A stretch of 64,000 nucleotides of DNA from Sphagnum compactum. Its lineage: Eukaryota. The stretch is from NCBI GenBank assembly GCA_965153455.1, contig OZ234493.1:36508213-36572212 (forward strand), written 5' to 3'. A program made the translations under genes and the position numbers. Below, piece by piece: positions 24,657-36,761 of this stretch (position 1 is the first letter of the stretch; the number at the start of each line of letters is the position of its first letter). The notes below the pieces were generated by a model. The model ran no database searches and was not told where the DNA came from. It worked only from the letters and a program-made list of their open reading frames with translations.

Positions 24657-25916
24657 ACTCAACCTCCACATCACTTGCTGGCCAGTGAGCTCTGTGGCTG
24701 GGTTATGCTAACTTGTGTGAATATGCATGGCCTTAGGAAATTTTTCCATTAGGCTGATATCACTACAGCAACTTTTCATTTTGTTTTTTCAACTAGTTGT
24801 GCTAACAATTATCTCACAGTTCTATTGATCAAGCATTGACCAATTGCAAGAGCTGTGAATGCAAGAGTTATGAGTCACCGACTCACCGTAATGACATTTC
24901 TTCATTTTTCATGGGACCATGTGTTCTCAAAGCTCCTTGCATAATTAGTTATATACTTTCAATGCACTTGCAGCTCTCCAATGGAAAGCAACTGACCCTG
25001 CAGTAAGAAACAAGGACCTCTGTGAGGAGCTTTCCATTAGGCTGCTATGATCACAGCAGCCTAAGGGAAAGAGGGTGTAGAGTCTCTATGCTATGTGGTA
25101 CCCTATTTTATTGACAGATTGGACCTTCAATTCACGTCCCTGAAGAACGTAGTTTACACAGAGATATAAAAATCACATTCCAACTCTCCCTTTCAATTGC
25201 ATTTTCCCTCCACTCTTGGATTTCAAAAATCAAAATTGTTAAAAGCATGACTCAAAAGAATACTTTATTGTTCAATATTTGCAACCAAAACTCAAATTTC
25301 AAACTGTCTTAAAACCCAATGCTATTTCTATCAGTTTGCACATTATTGCAATCAAATTCCACTTGGCCTGCTTGAAACACTTTGAACCACCCCAATAACT
25401 AAACTGCATACAGCAATAGAACAAAATGTTTGCTGCAATTGATTCAAGTCTTTGTGGGCAATCTGACCTGTATTTTTCATTCGTAACCAAAATTATTAGA
25501 TACTATTCCCATTCACAATAGAACATTAAGATTCAAAAATTTCTTAATGTTATGAGAATTTCCAGTGTGTTTTTGTTTGCATTATGTTTGCTCCAAGATC
25601 CCAGAAAGTGCTGCTGAGCAAAACATTCAGGAATGATTCCAATGTAGGAAGAGCAACATGAGCAACATGAAAGTACAGATTGTCTAACATCATCTCCATG
25701 AACATGTAAGTATGCAAATGCTCAAAAGCACTAGTGAATTTGCTAGATTTTTGAACACCAAATCTGAAGAACTGAAATCACACCACTGCAACAAAAATGT
25801 ACAGGGGAGGAGAGCATTTGAGCTGTTCTTTACCTAATCTTTGCATGACTAGGGGGGGGGGCTTTGCATCACCAACCTGATCAGTTGAAACACACACAAG
25901 AAAAAGTTTGATCCTC

Positions 25917-28373
25917 TCAAGGGCTGCCACTCTGAGCAGCAGCTCCAAGAGGAGAGTTCTCAGGTTTTGGTGAAATATCCTTTTCAATACCATTTTGTGG
26001 GCTGCGACTGAGACTACGGCTTAAATCCCTCCTCAGTTCATGCAGTGGTGGGCTTTCACTATGAGGCAAAGGGCTGCGAGACAGACTTCGACCATTACCA
26101 GCAGGACTGGCGGATATGCTGCGCTTCCTTGTTGGAGGAAGGCTGCCACTCATGCTCCTGGTTCTGCTGCGAGTCTTCTTTGAGCGACCATCCCTCAGCG
26201 GGCTGTGGCCCCTCCTTGGTGGTGAACGACTGAAAAGCCACACCACAACTGAACTCACAATCAGCATGTTGGCTTTTACCACTTCTGGCACATCAATCAG
26301 TCAAGAAGACAGTATGAAAGGAGTGAAAATTTTGAAAGCAATGTGCTCGCATAACAATGCAAACTAAAGAGAAGACCTGTAGCTCAGACTCCTGCTGCGA
26401 GACAAGCTTCTGCGACTTTTGCCATGGCCCCTTGGGGTTCGGGACCGGGAACGTGATCGACTGCCAACAACAACAAATAGTTAGAGCTGCGACCACCTCC
26501 AAGGCAAACAGTTCTCTCTTAGAAAATAAGAATAATCAAGACAACAGTTCAAAAACTACCTGCTATTCAGCTGCGGGCTGTTACGGCAGTTGCGTTCAAT
26601 ATGCCCCCGCTGTCCACAGCGGTAGCACTTATCCCTCCAATCACCTGCTTTGCAATCTCGAGCCCAGTGGCCATCATTGCCACAGTTGTAGCAGCGCCCA
26701 GTTCCTGGAGGAGGGCCTCTTCCAAGGTATTCACGGGCACCTCCTGGACCTCGAGGGCCCTGCATTTAACAGAGACACTTGCAGATTAGCATTGGAGCTC
26801 AATATACTGTCACAATAGTGATGATGCAAAAATGCTGAAGGTTTAAGGATGCCTTTTGTGAACAGACAGATTAGGTGACAGGCTGTGAAAAGAGATGCTC
26901 CTAAACTTACCCTCCTAGCAAACTCCACTATGAGGCGGTTCCCATCAAATTCTTTGCCATTCAGATAATGTCGAGCATCATCCGCATCACGAGAATCACT
27001 GAATTCCTGACAATGCCACCAAATACCTGGGTAGTTCAGGACATAAAGCATGCTTCCAAACCCTCAGCATAAAGAAAATTGAGTACACAAGACTGATATC
27101 ACATAGGGAGTTTTATCCCCATCCAACATGACAGAAAACTTCTTATTAATCATTAAGAACCAAAGAGACACAAATGACTATGTTGCCATTGCTCCTGAAT
27201 CTAGTCCCTACATCTGCAGGAATGCAAATGAAAAGTCTTACAGCACACTTAAGCACAAGAACTCTGGAAAGATCAGAAGTAGAAAGCTCCAAAACATGGA
27301 AGATTCAAGGAATGAGACAGATAGAGAGTACATACAACGAAGGCGAAGTCGTGCTTCACATCCACGTCTCGAATTCTGCGGAAAGGGGTGCCAAAAAAGA
27401 GCAGGGCATCACATCAAGTCATAGCACGAGACTGCATCAGTGGAATTACACACCACTTTTTCTCTCCACCCTCGTCATTCCATCAATGTACGTACATAAG
27501 GCCATTTCACACATACACAGAGAAGCACGCCTATGATGGGCCTGCCTCTCCTTTTTACCTTCGCGAGCACAAGCCACCAAATGCCACCAAAGACCTCTCA
27601 CCATAGACCTCCAGGCCGGGAGTAAGCCCACCAACCTTCAACAACATCATGCAAGGTACTGCTTAGGCCTACCCATATCATGACCCCTTGGTGGCCACAG
27701 AGGCAGGACCACTCCAGCCAATGAATGACACACCTAGTGTTAAAGTAACATGAGACCCACAATGGCAAGGATAGCCTCCTTTGTGAAGGCTGGCTGCATT
27801 CAGTTTCTCACACTGAACTTCCCAGTGAACAGCCCAGAGTAAAGAAGAAGAGCACATTCCACTGAATGTGACATTGTGATCTGTTGGTGCTGCTTGTGCA
27901 GGTTCACTTGGGATGAAAGAGAGATAATTGGATTCTATGTGAAATGCAGCAGATTCGAAGGCTCTTAACATACACATTACAGGTCCAGGGAAATCATACA
28001 AGAAAATCTCCCAGTTCATGCACTCAAAAGCACTGTCGGGTTGGGTGTAGGGACATGCACATGGTTGCCCATGGTACTATATGTGTGAGAAGCACTCGAA
28101 AAAATTGAACTTGTGACAGCGGTTTGTTCACTTGGAAGTATCGAGGAATCCTACTATTTGGAGATGTAAGATTAGTTCGTACCTTCCATACTTGGCAAAG
28201 AGATCTTCCAGGTCACGGCTCCTTGTGCGACTTGACAGACGGCCAACATACAAGCGAGTTGCTCCATCATCACTGCCTCTGTGTTCAAATCTCTCGCTTG
28301 GCTCACTTCTGTAACCTCTGTCATCACTCCTGTGACCTCTATCACCCCTGTCACGATCATCATACCGAGGCAT
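25917..28373 (-). CDS. RS2Z: RS2Z-type SR splicing factor (RRM, two CCHC zinc knuckles, RS/SP tail); exons 28373-28183, 27375-27336, 27006-26911, 26759-26560, 26460-26377, 26229-25917 (307 aa)
   Basis: 'MPRYDDR...[56 protein letters not shown]...IVEFARR|GPRG...[41 protein letters not shown]'. All junctions are GT-AG and in phase. Likely 5'UTR intron 29383-28415. Confidence 0.96.
27559..27733 (-). other. Candidate PTC-containing (poison) alternative exon in the long RRM intron of RS2Z
   Basis: TTTAACACTAG|GTGTGTC acceptor, GAAG|GTAAAA donor, exon-like GC content, in-frame TGA at 27600-27598. Confidence 0.6.
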
Positions 28374-29623
28374 GTTGGATGTCACTGCAGAAACGTTTAG
28401 AGGCCCCAATCGTTCTGCAAGCATGAGCAGAAACACCATTAGCCAGGAGTTAAAAAACCAGGTAAAACATCTGAATGTTCATGACATAACTATTCTGCAC
28501 TATTCTTCTGTTTCTGCTCCTGAGTCTGCAAGTGGTGCCACAGTTGAATTTGTGCGAAACAAGAAAAATCTGCCTATTGTCCACCCTCCATTGGAATCAG
28601 AAAGAAAGCCTGTAATATTCCATTCCAAAATTACCGGGTTTATGAGATACAACACCAAGGACACCCAGTCTCACAGCATATTCGAGTGTGAAAAGTAATA
28701 TTGAGACCCAGAAAATTTATTAATCCCATGGCACATCTCCTAACCCATGAGAACCCGATGTCCAGCAGACTAAGAAGCGCACAAAAAAGTACTATTGAAA
28801 ATTTCCCAGATTTTGCAACAGCTGACAAAAAACTACTTTAACCTCGAAATTCTTATATGGACTATAACCGTAGCAGCCACAGAAAATTTATTGGCTCCAT
28901 GGATGGCACATCTCCTGATCCGCGAGAAGCTACTGTCGACAGACTACGACATGCGGGGAAAAAAAACACCCTTTGGACCATCGATGGATTCCACATCAAG
29001 GAGTAACATAACCTAGCCGCATCTGCAGTACATTTCTCTACTTGCCTTCACGGTCACAACTCACATATACAACCCCACACACAAACAGAAACCCCAACAT
29101 CAAGCACTTACAGAAGAGCAGAAAGTCAAACCAAGCAATCCAGTACCTTCTAGACAGAAAACCCTAGAACAAAATGTTGAGCAGATCTACAGCGCACGGT
29201 CTCGTGGAAAAAGAGTGATACAGAATGGGAAACGAAACCCTGCTGAACAGAAAGAACAGGTTGAGACACGACCATCTCACTTCACTGTGAAAAGGAATTC
29301 GAAGCTCAGTACCCCAGAGAAGAAGTCGAGTAGGAGAGTGGGGACGGGGGGAACACACACACACACCAGAAAGTAGCACATACCTGCAGCGTCCGCGGCC
29401 GCGAAGACACGATCGGAATGTAAGACCCTAATAGAACGCAGCAGCGGAAACAAATAAAGAAAAAAGGGCAACCTACGAAAACGAATTGTCAGTTACGCCA
29501 CGAGTAGTAACAAAGAACAGAGAGCGGCAACAAGGGGGAAGACAGAGCGCCGGTGGGAGAGACGCGAAGGGAGACGGGAAGTAATCACGGCCGCCATAGC
29601 CAAACGGGTACAAAAAGACACTA

Positions 29624-29760
29624 CGCGAAGAAGCAAGCTCGGCACAGAAATGAACCGTCCGATTATTCTAATCTACGGTGAGATCTCAACGCACGCGAGG
29701 AAGCAAGACCGGCGTAGAACTGGACCGTCCAATTACTCTAGCCTACGGTGAGATCTGCGC
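29624..29760. promoter_or_regulatory. 70 bp duplication with quasi-palindromic ACCGT-N16-ACGGT motifs in the RS2Z promoter
   Basis: accgtccgattattctaatctacggtgagatct (from 29654) and accgtccaattactctagcctacggtgagatct (from 29724). Confidence 0.55.
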
Positions 29761-29990
29761 TTGAGGTGGGGGAGAAAACTGACCGCAGATCTGAATGGTG
29801 AGATCGTGGAGATGTGCGGTCTTCAATTGCCCCATATTTCTGACCCTACTCTAGAACAAATCAGTTGACCGCACGCTACTTACGTATTATATAAGCGGAC
29901 AGTATGCAAACCCGTTGGATTCGAATCAATTTTGATTTTGGCCGTTTGATCGGTGGCATTGGGGGCAAAAGGGTCGTAATCACAATTTAT

Positions 29991-30342
29991 GAGTGGTGCT
30001 CAGTATGTGACTCTGCAAAAAAAATTTCACATCCAAGTTTGGTTTGTTTTCACTTCTTGTAACCCCACCCATGAAACTGAAACTACTAGTTTGGATACTA
30101 CTAATAATAACAAACCACCTGGACCAATCATTATGATGAGCCAATCAGAAATACTGAGTACCAGTCAGGTCGTATTTGTTACACTCTTTTTCTGCAAGTG
30201 AACAGCGTTACTTCTGCGCCTTTTACCAGCTAAAACTGTGAGATTGTTCTGAGCCAAAACTATTTTCCTGAGCTAAACCGGCATATTTTGACTTTTTCTT
30301 CATCCAATTTTAATGTCCAGAATAACATACTGAGCATCGCTC
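29991..30342. mobile_element. MITE with 18-bp terminal inverted repeats
   Basis: gagtggtgctcagtatgt (29991-30008) versus acatactgagcatcgctc (30325-30342): 16/18 inverted match. Non-coding 350 bp interior. Confidence 0.75.
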
Positions 30343-31779
30343 GAGGAGCTTCGAGCATCTCCACCTGCACCAGGAAACCGCCATATCTACATTAAAATTA
30401 AGTTGGTGTTTAATGCTTAGTGTCCTCATCCACAAACATTAACAAAAATATTTTGATGTTAAATTCTTAATGTCCCCACCCACAAACATTTTTAAAAAAA
30501 AAAGTCATTTCATTGTTTAATGCTTAATGACCCCACCCACCAACATCAAAAATGTCATTTGGATGTTTAATGCTTAGTGTCCCCACCCACAAAGATTGAC
30601 CAAAAAAAAAAGTCATTTTAAATAGTGAGAGATCATTTATACCTTTACATTTGGACCAATTATTTTATTTTACCAAATTCATAATTTAAAAAATATATTT
30701 AAAAATGTTAAAATGATCATTTTTATGGGTTTTTTTTTTGGAGAGGAATATGATTCATACTATTTTGCTACAATATTTAATAAAAAATATTTTTATTGTT
30801 GTGGGCTGGAGACGCTCTAACATTTTTTGCATGCATTTTAAAATAAATCCATGGTTCAAAAATAGAAAAATCTACAAACAACTCAAATGTATAAAGGAAA
30901 CCACATGATTTTGGTTGGCTTTTGAACATGTTTTTTGAAAAAAAGTGTTGATCAACTAAGTAAAAAAAACAATAGAGGAATGCGGACATGTTTTTTGAGA
31001 AAAATGTTGATCAACTAAGTAGAAAAAACAGTAGAACAAAAGATCCATGATGTTTTAGAACCAAGAGATCTCCTAACTTGGAATAGAGATAGGTTGCCTG
31101 TGGATTGTTCACACTTAGGGAGAAGTCAACTAGAATTAAGTTTACTAACACCTCTTTATCTAATACTAACGATTCAAGACGTAAGTCTTCACATTTTTTT
31201 CACATTTCAAGACACTTTGTTCTAGGTTTTAAAAAATAAATTCGAAACCAAAACTAAACCAGAAGTTCTATCAAGTGTAAAAATCCTTAACCAAAATCAA
31301 AGATTTTTTCAAATTTAAAAAAAAAAGTTGGAACTAAAATTGAAGATTATCTTGCAAAATAAGAACCAACCAACATTGGTTGATATGTTTTTAAACCTTT
31401 TCACCCCCTTTTGTTTTGTGTATAATCAAATAAACGAATTGGATATGGATCCATTTTTAACGTTTGACAAAAAAATTCATTTGGGTTTGCTCCTCATGCT
31501 CTTAAATGTATATTGGACTGTCAAGTTCCTAGAAGTAACACTAAAAAAAAAACTACGAGAAGAGTTATGTTTGGGTCTTTTATAATGGTGGAATCACATA
31601 TTAATATGTTCACCATGCAAGGTTATAGATTCAAATTAAAGGCTTGTCAATATTTTAATTATGTTGAAAATCATTTGAATCTCGATTTAGGACCCATGAC
31701 TGAACCCTTAGAATTTGTTGAACCACAAAAATGTTGGAAAACTGTGATTCATGGACTTCCACCAAATCAAGGGCAATAT

Positions 31780-32720
31780 AAAATCCTTCAGCTTCACATG
31801 CAAATGGCGGAATAAACATAATTCATTTTCAACAATGTGTACAAAGTGGCTTCATTTGAAAACATTGCCCCAAAGATGTAATCATCTTTGTCATTGTCAT
31901 CAATGGTGTTGCTTCAATTAAGCCATTTGTGTTGGGATTTAGGAATTGAAAAACAACCATTAGCAATGGCAACAAATTCTTGTTGCCATATTCTACCACC
32001 ATTTGTATCATTTTTGCACATCCAACAAATGTTTTCATTGCATCAAAGGATTTAAAATGCAGGTCCAACATCAAAGCCAACATTTTGTGGACCTTGCTAA
32101 CATTGTAGGTAGATGCAAAAGCCAAAAATGAAATCAAAACATCCTAAATTTTTGTAATCATATGCACTCACAATGTCCCCAATTCATATTCAAAACCCCT
32201 TTCACAAAATTGAAAGGGGTAACCATAGATTGTTGAATCTCATTGATGGAAAAGACATCATTTAAGGCATTAGAACGTAAATAGTAACCTTCGGTTTGAT
32301 TGAAAATACATTACTTCACAATGGGACGCATGGTTTCAACAACTATTTTGCAAACTACCCATGTGTGTGTATTTGGCACACATCCTTGTAATTCTTGAAT
32401 TTCTTGCCCTCCATAACAAAGATTAATGGCATCCCTATATTCTAAGGTTTTTTGAAACATAATCACCTTGTTAACAAACTTGGTTTTCGATGGTGTTTTC
32501 AATTTTAAATGAGAGAGCCTAGGATCAAGGCATGCCTTCTGCCATTTGTTGCATCCTTTTGTCAAACTTTTTATTCTATACGATTTATTTTATAAGGCAG
32601 ATTGTGTTGTCATCAAGTTGACATTTCGAAAACCAACACACACATTAGTATCATTGCAAGCATATTGACATGTTTTGTTGAAAACATAGCTAAAACATGA
32701 CCTTTTGTTAAGGGTAGAAA
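31780..32720 (-). mobile_element. hAT-like transposase remnant (central/C-terminal part)
   Basis: 'KWQKACLD..LKLKTPSKTKFVNKVIMFQKTLEYRDAINLCYG..' (decayed 'TRW/F.S...M' region) and 'KVHKMLALMLDLHFKS' (decayed LDPRFK motif). Many stops. Confidence 0.7.
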
Positions 32721-33449
32721 TTTTTAAGTTAATCAATGCCATGAGCATCCTAATAATTAGTTAGTTACTAATGGTATATTTATTTATCATTTTTCACCAA
32801 AGGATGAAACAAATGGGATTAGTTAGATGAATGGTTGGTAATAATTCACCAGTCATGTGTTGATTTTTAGGAAGGATAAGGATTGGTATGTATTATTTAA
32901 TCAATTAATGGGATGTGTAAAATATATTAAAATAAGGAAAAAAAAGGAAACCCACATATGTGGTGGGCAATTTTTTTTAGTTTCCTATTTATCCTTGGAG
33001 GACGAAGAAAAAACATCATTCCTTGCATTATCACTATCAGTATCATTATCATTTTTAAGATAACATGGTAGGAGAGATGGAGATGTTGGGAGTATTAGTG
33101 GGAAATCCATGTTGTACTTGGTGTTGTGTAATGGAAAATGATTGAAAGTGGTGTGGACTCAAGTGCATTATTTATTTTTGTTTATATGGACTTCTACGAA
33201 GATAGGGCAAGTTTTTCCTTCTTGATTGATGTAGAATATTAGTTTTTTAATTTGATTATTTTTTTGGTAATGAAATTATTCTCTATACTTATTACAGGAA
33301 TATGAAAGTAAGGTTGTTACAAGAAGGCAACTGCCATTAGAGAGCAATAACATGAAAATGTTCATTGGATTTAAAGGTTGTAGAGGGTATATTGATGTTG
33401 TAAATGTTAGGTAGTAGGTATAAGAGGTTTGTGGGTATTACATATGGTA

Positions 33450-34260
33450 AACAGAAGCTACAGGAGGCCTATAAACAATTGTGGGTCTTTTTTCAAGTCT
33501 ACAAATGACTGTAGGTGCAAGACAATACCTACTATAAGATGGTAGTTGTTGAGATTAATCACAAGAGCAAACTTGTCATGTTCAAATCTAGACATCCATA
33601 AATTAAAAAAAATAGTTGGTATAACACCTAAATCCAAAATTGACATTACATATTGTTTTGTGGTCTTAACCACCAATGAAAGGATGGCATGCTGGACCAA
33701 TTGCTTATAGTTTGGAAACATAACATGGGGATTTTAATGCATGACTAAGTACTTTAGCCACTGGCTTTTCACAATAAAAGTTAACATGTAGGCTTTGGCA
33801 ACAAATTACAACATGTCCTCCATGAACTTTTGTTGTTGTGCATCATCTTTATTATAAAAATTAACACTCCCAAAATAATTTATGATGGCCCATAACCAAT
33901 AACAAACCTTTTTAAAAAAAATTCCCAATGTGCCACATTGGCATTTTTCCACTTGTGCCAAATGGTTTAATGTTCAACTAATAAATGCTTCTTCATAAAA
34001 GTAGTATTGTGTTACTGGTTGTATGAGATCATGCCTTTCCTTGCTTGGTGGTACTAATTAAATTGTAAGTTCGGCATATAAAGTGACAAATTATGCAACA
34101 AATGGTTTGAGACATAACATGATTTGGTTTACTATCGTCATCCACCACAAATAAATGCCATGGGAGAAACAACTTATAATGAAGCACTTGTGCCATTTGG
34201 TTCATGATGAGTTGAGTCCCAATACCTCTCTTGCAAATTCTACTTCCACATCCAAGTCAT
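33450..34260 (-). mobile_element. hAT-like transposase remnant (N-terminal part)
   Basis: 'QQKFMEDML..AKAYM...SQWLK.LVMH*NPHVMFPNYKQLV...TIFFNLWMSRFEHDKFALVIN' (decayed D-x-W catalytic motif). A TIR-like 'ccaacactg' lies at 35625-35633. Confidence 0.65.
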
Positions 34261-35694
34261 TTGGGGTTACAATGTTTTTCAAACAAGATGGTCCACTTGG
34301 CGTTGAAATTGAACCTTCTAGTGGCTTGAATCCTTAGCTAAGATCCCCCCCCCATCCAAGTCATGAATCAAAAGCTTCATGCTTATGTTCGTTTAAATGA
34401 AATGTTTTAGTTCGATTTGCCATAATTTACACTTTGATTTACAATGGAAAAAATCAAAGAACTTTGAATCTAGTTATGAATCTAACATTGATAAACTTTA
34501 CGAATTTGACATTGATGCACTTTTGCAAATTATCATTAAAGAAGAAGCTAAAAATTTGGCATTAATGACTTGTGAAATCTTTCATCGCTTACCTTTGTTA
34601 ATTTAACACATATGAACTTCTACCAGTAACCATAATGAACTTCAAAAGTTAGAACCTTGACACTCTAATAGTCTTTAAAAATCTAACAATGAACTTTGGG
34701 AATCTTTCACTAGTGTTTTTTTTACAACTTTAGATCCCAAACATTGATGACCTTTCCAATTTGACACATATGAACTTCTACTAATAACTAGTAATGAACT
34801 TCAAAACATAGAACATTGTTGACACACTAATGATGAAGTTTAGAACTCTTTCACCAATTTGTGATGAACCTTCAACCCTCCAGAACCTTCAAACACTAAC
34901 TTTTGGAACCTTTTTGATTTCTAAAATTTTTAAAGTTTTTTAGAATTGTCTTGAACATTGATGAACTATATAATGTGATAGTGATAATTTAATGAACTTC
35001 AAATGTGTATTATGGTGGATCCAAGATAATGAAAAAGACACAAATTTATGTTGATTATTGTTTAGTTGAAAGGAGAAATCAACATCGCACAACCCCAATA
35101 GCTCCTTAATTTCCATCCTTATAAGATTTTCACCAACATTCACAAAAGCATTAAAGGGGAATGGCAACCAAAAGTTGCATATGGCTATGGAAGCCAAGTC
35201 CAAAGAGAAGCAATCCATTATAAAAGATTGTAGAAATGCCCGGCTAAAAGTAGACATTGAAAGTGATAGATGATGAGAGATGGAGTTTCATTTTAGGCTT
35301 TTAGGTTTAAGGGAAATGATCAAATGAAACCCTAACTAGATGAAAGCTCTTGGATGAAAAGAAAAAGAGGAAAAATTGGGTGAAAATATGAAAAATATAG
35401 TGTCTCGGTACGTGTGAGAGGTCCCCATCAGGGTATGGGTAGGGTATTGGATTTTGTTAAACTGATACCTTGCCAATAGGGTATTATCAGGGTATCTAAA
35501 ACACTCATACCAGGCCAGGTAGGTTCTGGGTTGGGTATAGCAAAAAAAGTGAAATCAATAGGTAGGTTCTCTGATACCTGGATCTGGACCTTGATTGATA
35601 ACCGAGTCCATTTTCAATAACTGGCCAACACTGGTTTAAACACATACCCTTCTCCTATTCATAATTCAAAGTAATAGAAAATGACACATAAAAT

Positions 35695-36625
35695 ACAACC
35701 AAGTTGGCAGTCCGTTCATCCATAATACAACCAAGTTGGTAGTCTGCATTCATCCACAATACAAACCAAGTTGGAAAATCCCATCCATTAGTTGGAAGAT
35801 TCATCCATTAGTCTGCTGGTGGCTGTTGATTCCATGAATCCCTAAACTAGAGGTGGAACCCCAAGGGAGGGGAAGTGGAGGTGGGTTTCATCCACAAATA
35901 AAAAGAACCAAGTTGAATCTGCCAGTTGAAAACTTCATCCACTAGTTGGAGATTTCATCAACTGGTTGGAAATTTCATAAAATTAGTTGGAGATTTCATC
36001 CACTAGTTGGAAACTTTTAAAACCATCAGTTGGAAATTCCATCCATTAATAGGAAACTTCATCCATTGGTGCGGTAGTAGCTGTTGGTTCAACGAAGCCG
36101 CAAACCACAGGTGCAACACCTGAAGGTGGGGAGGCAAGTAGGAGTTCATCCACGAAAAGAGAACCAAGTTGGAAAACTAATACATTAGTTGCAAGTTTCG
36201 TCCATTAGTCGAAAGTTTCATCCACTAGTTGAAAGTTTCATCCATTAGTCAGACACTTCCATCCATTAGTTGAAAAGTTTCATCCGTTAGTTGGAAACTT
36301 CATCAATTAGTTGAAAAGTTTATGCAATAGTCGCAAAATTCATCCAATAGTTAAAAAGTTCATAGATTATTTAAACCATTCATCCATTAGTCAACAAGTT
36401 CATCCATTAGTTGGAGATGTCATCCATCAATTGAAAACTTTATCGATTAGTCGGAAACTCCATCCATTAGTTGAACAGTTTACCATTTAGTCGGAAACTT
36501 CATCCATTAGTTGAAAACTTGAAATCACTAGTTGGAAGCTTCATCCATTAGTCAGAAACGTTTCATCGAGTAGTTGGAAACTTCATCCATTGGGTGTGTT
36601 GGTGACTGTTGGATGAAATTTCCAA
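35695..36625. repeat. ~21-22 bp minisatellite array (ttcatccattagttggaaac-type) directly upstream of NFXL2
   Basis: Dozens of degenerate units, interrupted twice by a related GC-rich spacer (~35815-35890, ~36070-36150). Ends with an inverted unit at 36610-36625. Confidence 0.9.
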
Positions 36626-36761
36626 ACCGAAGAGTAGCACGCGAACACGAAGGCGATACCAACGAAGCTCTCTCTTCTCTCTCACAAAGGGCCGCGTTGT
36701 TTGCGTTTGTTTCTTGCACTCCATTGCTCCGTTTCCCCGCATCGATGCTGCTGTGCACGCG

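Noticed and set aside
24630..24662. Minus-strand 'GAGUGGCCAGGCU' resembling moss miR533
   Set aside because: Partial match needing indels, and it lies at the stem base, not within an arm.
35695..36625. CRISPR-like repeat/spacer array
   Set aside because: Degenerate 21-22 bp tandem units with no unique spacers.
36609..36761. Longer N-terminus of NFXL2 suggested by the ORF track
   Set aside because: Starts at a TTG inside the inverted repeat unit and runs through CT-rich 5'UTR-like sequence.
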